This document shows positions 56,428 through 61,659 of a stretch of DNA of 61,659 bases, one piece after another. The DNA is from a virus (taxonomy: Duplodnaviria > Caudoviricetes): positions 1 to 61,659 of IMG/VR virus record IMGVR_UViG_3300042391_000275; one strand, 5' to 3'. Below the pieces are notes generated by a model. It was not told the origin of the DNA, did not search any database, and was given only the letters and a program-made list of their open reading frames with translations. The translations under genes were made by a program, and so were the position numbers. How positions within the stretch are numbered: position 1 is the stretch's first letter; the number at the start of each line of letters is the position of its first letter.

Positions 56428-58155
56428 TTATTCAGCTTGTTGCAATTGTTTTAATAAAGATTGGTATTTTTTGATCAATTCTTGTGAAGCGGGATCATTT
56501 GCTTGTGACTTAGGAATCGATTTCATCGTTGATTTAAGAACATCAATTTCTTTTTTAAGTTGCTCTTTATCTAAAGGAATATCAAATGGCTGAATAATAT
56601 AGTCTGGATCTAATCCAGAGTCAGATGCAAGTTTTCTAATCCTTGGAATTGATTCTTTGTTTGCATTTTCTAAAGCAATTCTTACTAATCCAGTTGTTAA
56701 TTGACGCATATTTTCTCGATCTGCTGGAGGAAGTTTAGCTCCCTTTGAAAACTTTTCTGTAATAAATTTAGGATCGTATTTATTAAGAAATGCAATCGCA
56801 GATTGCATAAGCGCAACATCACCTTCTCGAACGGCAACGCCGGGGTCAATTAATCTTTGGAATGCATTAATTGCAGCAATATCTGAAAACCCATTCTCTT
56901 TTGATAATGAGGTGAATATTGTATTTTTTGAATCTCTAAATATTAATGCTTTTGAATATGTTGGGTTTTTTTCTAAATCACCTTGCATTGCTAAAACTAA
57001 CTTAGCTTGATCTGCACTTAGCTTTGGAGTAGAACCCGGAGCAACATACTTTTCATTTATTTCTGGTTGCTCCACATAATAGAATGACCTGCCCAACTCC
57101 TTGTCAGTTTCGCGTGTTATTTTTGGAGGATTATAGTTAGGCAATAACTTTTGGATTCTAGTAGCAGCAGCCCTAGCGTCTGCTGCGCTTTCGTATGGAA
57201 GTTCTGTTAAGTTTCCAACCTCTTCGTCAACCCTTTCTTGGTTTTGTAATGCCTCATCCGCTCCAGTTGCTTCTTGAATCATTTTAACTCTGTTTTCTTC
57301 AAGTTTTGCCAGCATAGCAGGATTTGATTTAAATGAAGATGGTTGAGTTGTAACAGCGGTTGCAGGTAGAACTGCTGGAGTTGGAGTTGGAGTTACTTGC
57401 GGAATAGGTGCTGGAGGAACCATAATGCCTCCAGTTGAGGCTTGAATATTGGTAAGTGGGGGATTTGTAACTGCTAAAATTTGCTCTTGTGAGATAACTG
57501 GTTCAAATGGGGAAGTTGCAATCGCAGATGGTTGTTGAAATGAAATGTCAGCTAAAACACCACCTCTTTTGAACCCACTCAAATCTCGCGTTGGAAACTC
57601 TTCATCAACGGATGATACGGGAGGAAGTAGAGGTGTTGGATCATCAACTGATGTTGGGCCTGTTGGTAATTCCTCTTCAACTGGTGGAATAACTATTGGA
57701 GTTTCACTAGCTGGAATTGCTTTGCGAACTTCTTTTTCTTCAAATGCTCCTCTTGGCCTTGATCTAACAGGAACCTTATCTCCACCACGTTCTTTTGTTC
57801 TTAATAACAAATCATTGTATCTTGCTTGTTCATACGCAAGTTCCATTGGGGTCTTTTCTGCTTTGATTTTAGCAATATTTATATCACGCAGGTATTTAAG
57901 TGCTTCCTTATCTGCTTCTTTAGCCTCATCATCCTTTGCTTTAAATGCACCAATAATAGGTTCAGCTAACGCTTGGAACCCTTTTGCAGCACCCATGCTG
58001 ACTAACTCCTGCTGCGCGGATGGAACCTCGTATTTCGGCATTGGAGTAAACTGAATGCTTACTCCAACGTCGAGAGGCTTGAGCGCAGAAAGAGGACTTG
58101 CTCCAAGATTTTCGGTCTGTGGAGTGTACGAATAGCCACCAGTGGGTAGTGCCAT
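56428..58155 (-). CDS. Putative ejection/internal virion protein
   Basis: Pro-rich linker. C-terminal DIAAINAFQRLIDPGVAVREGD motif seen in phage DNA-transfer proteins. Confidence 0.6.
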   Translation of the reverse strand: MALPTGGYSYTPQTENLGASPLSALKPLDVGVSIQFTPMPKYEVPSAQQELVSMGAAKGFQALAEPIIGAFKAKDDEAKEADKEALKYLRDINIAKIKAEKTPMELAYEQARYNDLLLRTKERGGDKVPVRSRPRGAFEEKEVRKAIPASETPIVIPPVEEELPTGPTSVDDPTPLLPPVSSVDEEFPTRDLSGFKRGGVLADISFQQPSAIATSPFEPVISQEQILAVTNPPLTNIQASTGGIMVPPAPIPQVTPTPTPAVLPATAVTTQPSSFKSNPAMLAKLEENRVKMIQEATGADEALQNQERVDEEVGNLTELPYESAADARAAATRIQKLLPNYNPPKITRETDKELGRSFYYVEQPEINEKYVAPGSTPKLSADQAKLVLAMQGDLEKNPTYSKALIFRDSKNTIFTSLSKENGFSDIAAINAFQRLIDPGVAVREGDVALMQSAIAFLNKYDPKFITEKFSKGAKLPPADRENMRQLTTGLVRIALENANKESIPRIRKLASDSGLDPDYIIQPFDIPLDKEQLKKEIDVLKSTMKSIPKSQANDPASQELIKKYQSLLKQLQQAE

Positions 58156-58159
58156 AAGG

Positions 58160-58675
58160 TTATACCCCGCCGAATGTTAGTCCAGATGCGGAAGGAACTG
58201 CGAATTGGTTTACACGCGAAGTGCTACCACCTGCTCCTTGGTTAGCCATTGCCGTTGTCATTGCAGGGTTAACCATATTTGGGTTTGGTAAGTTAGCACC
58301 AGTGGATGGTAAAACACCAGATGCTGCTCCGAGATTTGAAAGCGCACCAGCACGGGCAGCGTTTATGTCATATCCAGTTCCAGTTGCTGCTGCCCCTGCA
58401 CCTTGTGCCGCAAGCAAGCTACGTTGACGCGCAGCGGCATCCTCTGCTGCCTTTAGTGCATTCATGCCACTAATCGACTGCTGGGCGCGTTGTGACCCCT
58501 CACGCGCAAGCATCGATGCTTGCTGGTTTTGGGCCTCAATCATTGCGTTACGTTGAGAAAGATCCGTTTCGCGGCGTGCGCGTGCTGCTTCTTCTCTGTT
58601 TTGACGCATTTGCTCAAGCAAGATTGGCGTGTTGTCTGGTGGTGGTGGTGGTGCTTTTTGAGATCCTCCTCCCAT
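58160..58675 (-). CDS. Putative internal virion protein (MGGGS start)
   Basis: MGGGSQKAPPPPP, Ala/Gln/Gly-rich. Confidence 0.6.
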   Translation of the reverse strand: MGGGSQKAPPPPPDNTPILLEQMRQNREEAARARRETDLSQRNAMIEAQNQQASMLAREGSQRAQQSISGMNALKAAEDAAARQRSLLAAQGAGAAATGTGYDINAARAGALSNLGAASGVLPSTGANLPNPNMVNPAMTTAMANQGAGGSTSRVNQFAVPSASGLTFGGV

Positions 58676-58739
58676 AATATTACTCCTTAATTTTAATGTT
58701 AATTGTTTGGTTGGTTGTTAGTGAAATACATTTAATATT

Positions 58740-59024
58740 TCAAATTGTCAATTTCTTTCTCGCCTCTTTGCACAAATCAGACCCCGGTTGGAATTGTCTG
58801 CAAGAATTCGGTCTGTTAGCATATACCATACAACACACTTTCTCACCAACTTTTCCATCCAAGGCAATGCATCTTGAATCGGTGGTTTTCATTAGCGGGT
58901 AGTCTTCCCTTTGCATTTCTTGCGGGATACCAGTCGCATCAGATCGATCTCTTCGCAGCACAGGCCAAGACCATTTGAAGCAACAACAAGCACCACACTT
59001 TTCACAGTCGTATTCATTGTCCAT
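58740..59024 (-). CDS. YkgJ-family Fe-S/Zn cysteine-cluster protein
   Basis: CEKCGACC...CIAL...CMVYANRPNSCRQF (CxxCxxCC family). TAATG coupled. Confidence 0.85.
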   Translation of the reverse strand: MDNEYDCEKCGACCCFKWSWPVLRRDRSDATGIPQEMQREDYPLMKTTDSRCIALDGKVGEKVCCMVYANRPNSCRQFQPGSDLCKEARKKLTI

Positions 59025-59602
59025 TAAGCACGGGTAGCACGGGGAACCCATCCCATTCCAGCATTAAATGATCCAGTTGTTCCGGGTGCGGTATGCTTTA
59101 GCATCTCGGCTTGTGATCCAAATCCTCCAGTGCCACCAGCAGCGGAACCCATCGCGCCAATTGCAGCAGTTCCAACGGACTTAAATGCATCTGCCCATCC
59201 TTGTGACACCTTTTCTTCACCTGAAGCTGGAACATCATAGGCTCCCATCGAGGAGAAACTCAAACTACCACTTCCATCACCACTACCACGTTGCATGGCA
59301 GACCATGCTGAAGCGGAATCAGACTGCGATTTAGCCGCACGATCATATGGAGAAGATGCCGCTTGACCAACATTACCAAATGCGTCTTTCAATGCATCAC
59401 CAATTTGGTTCTGTTGTTGCTTTTGCGGGTTGTAATCAGGTCTAGGTTGCGCTCCAGTTCCTAACTTTCCAGAAAATAGATTTTGCATGGTGTCACCAGT
59501 TCTGCCAATGGCATTTGATGCACTTCCAAGAAGCCCACCGAATTGACTATTTGGCACTGGTGTTCCTGCCCCTGTTGCGTTTGCTGGTTGTGATCCACCC
59601 AT
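59024..59602 (-). CDS. Putative internal virion protein (MGGS start)
   Basis: Gly/Ala/Ser-rich low-complexity protein. Confidence 0.6.
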   Translation of the reverse strand: MGGSQPANATGAGTPVPNSQFGGLLGSASNAIGRTGDTMQNLFSGKLGTGAQPRPDYNPQKQQQNQIGDALKDAFGNVGQAASSPYDRAAKSQSDSASAWSAMQRGSGDGSGSLSFSSMGAYDVPASGEEKVSQGWADAFKSVGTAAIGAMGSAAGGTGGFGSQAEMLKHTAPGTTGSFNAGMGWVPRATRA

Positions 59603-59606
59603 AATA

Positions 59607-60446
59607 TTATTCTCCGTTGTTCCAATTTACTGGTTTAAATCCTAAATCTGGTATTACGATGTCATCGTAAGGCGCAAGATGGGAAATGTTAGTAATCTTT
59701 GCTTTTAACTTTGGGCAATCTACGTGTGGGCCTTGATGCCGATCAACGCAGTTCAAACAGACAGGATAGAAGTCAGCGTTCAGTGACTTGTCAGGATTGT
59801 TCATCCATCCATGCTTGCCTTTTACATATCGTGTTGGGTCTGGCTTTACGTTGTTTGTTTCAAGGTACTCGTAAACATCCTCGTCAGTCCAATCTTTTAG
59901 CAAATAGAGAGAGACAGGACTTCCGTCAACGTGACGAATATCCTGCGACAATGGGACGTGACCCTTAATTAAGTCAGTGTCTGACCATTTAGTGCCAATC
60001 CAGACTCCGTTCCACGGGAAATTAAATGTTCCAGTAGGACGCATTAAAAAGTCATCAACACCGCACATAAATGGTTCATTTACTTTAGGTCTTTCAGTTC
60101 CCAAAGAGAGGACGATGTTATTGTTGCCCCAAGGGAAGTAGTGAAGCAAATCAAATCTAACCTCACCAGTTTCGACATCAGGCCCATCAGAAAGACCATA
60201 TTTTAATGCTGGATATTCATATACTGATAGTTGCCAATCTTTGATTAGCTTGTCTGAATACGCATATCTTTCGCGGAATTTAGGCTGTCTAAATTGAACA
60301 ACAGGAAGATCAATTCCACACTTGAATTTCAGAAAGTGCAGAAGGACAGTTGAATCCTTTCCACCAGACCAAAAGATGACAGAATTGGGCCAATGTTTGT
60401 TCCAACTAACCGCTTTATCGATTGTTTTATGTATTAGGTTTTTCAT
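59607..60446 (-). CDS. PAPS-reductase-like PP-loop protein
   Basis: FWSGGKDSTVLLH PP-loop, LKDWTDEDVYEYL, and C-terminal CLNC...C. TGATG coupled. Confidence 0.85.
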   Translation of the reverse strand: MKNLIHKTIDKAVSWNKHWPNSVIFWSGGKDSTVLLHFLKFKCGIDLPVVQFRQPKFRERYAYSDKLIKDWQLSVYEYPALKYGLSDGPDVETGEVRFDLLHYFPWGNNNIVLSLGTERPKVNEPFMCGVDDFLMRPTGTFNFPWNGVWIGTKWSDTDLIKGHVPLSQDIRHVDGSPVSLYLLKDWTDEDVYEYLETNNVKPDPTRYVKGKHGWMNNPDKSLNADFYPVCLNCVDRHQGPHVDCPKLKAKITNISHLAPYDDIVIPDLGFKPVNWNNGE

Positions 60447-61258
60447 CAAATAATAATTGCAGCAGTAGCTGCACCAGCAACTGCACCACCTGCTCCAATC
60501 CATGACCCCATTGCGGCATTTTTGCTTTGCGCGTTTTGTGCCATAACTTGGTTACGCATATTGTTATAATTTTGAGTGTCAGCAACATTGGCAGTGTGAG
60601 CAGATTGGATATTACCCATCGAGCGGTTAATTGCGTCTTGTGCCGTTTGACCAAGACCCTGTGCGCCAGACAAGACACCGCGTTGCCATTCTTGAAGACT
60701 CTGTTGGTTTTGTCCTTTTGCTGCTTGCTGTGCAGCAACCAATGAACCGGGGTCAATGCCTCCCTGCATTTGAGTTGCGTCTAGATACTTTTGACGCAGT
60801 GCCATATCCTCTAGCGCAATCTGTCTTCCTTGTGCCGTGGATTGATCAAACATGGCAGACCTACCAATGGTGGATCCCATGTCGAGTCCAGTCCCCATCA
60901 TTTGAGCTAGTCCTTTTGTTTTTGCCCACTGACCTAGCTTTTGTTGCCAACTCTCAGGAGAGGTTAGATTCTGTACAGTCTCACTCATGCCAGAACGCAT
61001 CTTGGCTAGGGTTGGATCTACGCTTTCTTCAAATTGTCTAGCGCGATTTGCGTTTTCAATTCCTAGTTCAAATGCCTGTTGAGATACCTCGCTTGGGTTG
61101 AACTCTTGGTAAATTGGCTTTAGCTGGGTAGCCATCTCAAATAGTCTGCCTTGAGAAGCAAGACCACCATACATCCCTTTGTTAGCTTCCGATGCCATCA
61201 TCATGTTAAGATCAGGACGAGGCTTTTGAATTGCTGGTTTGTATGTTGATCCACCCAT
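60446..61258 (-). CDS. Putative DNA pilot/ejection protein (MGGS start)
   Basis: Gln/Ala-rich helical protein with C-terminal hydrophobic GSWIGAGGAVAGAATAAIII. Confidence 0.65.
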   Translation of the reverse strand: MGGSTYKPAIQKPRPDLNMMMASEANKGMYGGLASQGRLFEMATQLKPIYQEFNPSEVSQQAFELGIENANRARQFEESVDPTLAKMRSGMSETVQNLTSPESWQQKLGQWAKTKGLAQMMGTGLDMGSTIGRSAMFDQSTAQGRQIALEDMALRQKYLDATQMQGGIDPGSLVAAQQAAKGQNQQSLQEWQRGVLSGAQGLGQTAQDAINRSMGNIQSAHTANVADTQNYNNMRNQVMAQNAQSKNAAMGSWIGAGGAVAGAATAAIII

Positions 61259-61265
61259 AAGTTAA

Positions 61266-61646
61266 TTAAGTTAAAGAGTAAACTTCTCTTTTGAGAGGAG
61301 TCAACCCTAATTTTTTGATTATTTCGTTTGTAAAGTTAGGTCTTTCATCCTTTAATGGCACACCAATGTAGCCCGGTGAGTTGGAGAGTTGTGAGTGCGC
61401 TTTCCAATCGCTCATAACTTGTATAACATCCTGTGGTCTTGTATACTTAGGATGAAATGCGGGATAGATTGTTGGGATAAAAACATGATCAGAGTATCCA
61501 AATAGCACACCATCACGATAATGTGCATAAACATTAATGTTAGGATGCTCTATAATCTTATGATCGAATTCTTCAGCAAAATCAACAAGTTCCAAGAATT
61601 CATTAGTTCCGTTTGGAGTAAGTTTATATTCAATTTTTGGCCTCAT
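61266..61646 (-). CDS. Putative GNAT-fold protein (T7 gp13-like position)
   Basis: GVLFGY strand and IIKKLGL (like GNAT xxKLGF). Lies between nozzle and ejection genes across the circular junction. Confidence 0.4.
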   Translation of the reverse strand: MRPKIEYKLTPNGTNEFLELVDFAEEFDHKIIEHPNINVYAHYRDGVLFGYSDHVFIPTIYPAFHPKYTRPQDVIQVMSDWKAHSQLSNSPGYIGVPLKDERPNFTNEIIKKLGLTPLKREVYSLT

Positions 61647-61659
61647 ATTTATTAATTAA
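61533..61659. repeat. Terminal direct repeat, copy 2
   Basis: Identical to 1-127. Confidence 0.95.

Noticed and set aside
59607-60446. cysH sulfur-assimilation AMG or DndC phosphorothioation system
   Set aside because: No C-terminal ECGLH motif of CysH and no other dnd/ssp or sulfur genes. The context is the virion ejection module.
59607-60503. Longer ORF-track starts (also 120..530, 41313..42386, 42319..43053, 45953..46414, 46532..46819)
   Set aside because: The extensions overlap upstream genes or promoters. Downstream ATGs mostly give stop-start coupling or family-typical N-termini.
683-61041. Plus-strand ORFs in the track (e.g. 8790-9383, 19113-19727, 20696-21313, 57545-58054)
   Set aside because: All are antisense shadows of well-supported minus-strand genes with no recognisable motifs. 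The PVAPV repeats are just the reverse of GATG codons.

Overview
The window is a complete circular dsDNA tailed-phage genome of about 61,532 bp: bases 1-127 are repeated exactly at 61533-61659, most likely an assembler overlap. Every credible gene lies on the minus strand. The architecture is podovirus-like. In transcription order: putative ejection/internal virion proteins, including a 2861-aa polyvalent protein; small early genes; ERF recombinase and a PD-(D/E)XK nuclease; DUF1376-type replication initiator with a likely origin; beta-glucosyltransferase-like gene; DnaB; SSB; RusA-like resolvase; terS; a mini-NrdR/glycosyltransferase/methyltransferase/MazG/dCMP deaminase cluster; terL; portal; scaffold; two glycosyltransferases; major capsid; many modular fibre proteins; a lysis cassette; and adaptor and nozzle tail proteins. 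I saw no DNA polymerase, RNA polymerase, integrase, tRNA, CRISPR array or reverse transcriptase. Lack of Shine-Dalgarno motifs and autotransporter-type beta repeats hint at a Verrucomicrobia/PVC host (inference). The most notable observations are: (1) three MGG(G)S-start virion proteins alternating with GNAT-like, PP-loop/PAPS-reductase-like and YkgJ Fe-S enzymes; (2) a stand-alone NrdR zinc-ribbon gene plus NrdR-box-like operators; (3) a RusA whose N- and C-terminal motifs sit in different overlapping frames; (4) a recurring FMPAE motif delimiting domains of the giant protein; (5) repeated hairpin+pseudoknot and T-loop-like RNA motifs. All calls come from motif recognition by eye, not database searches.
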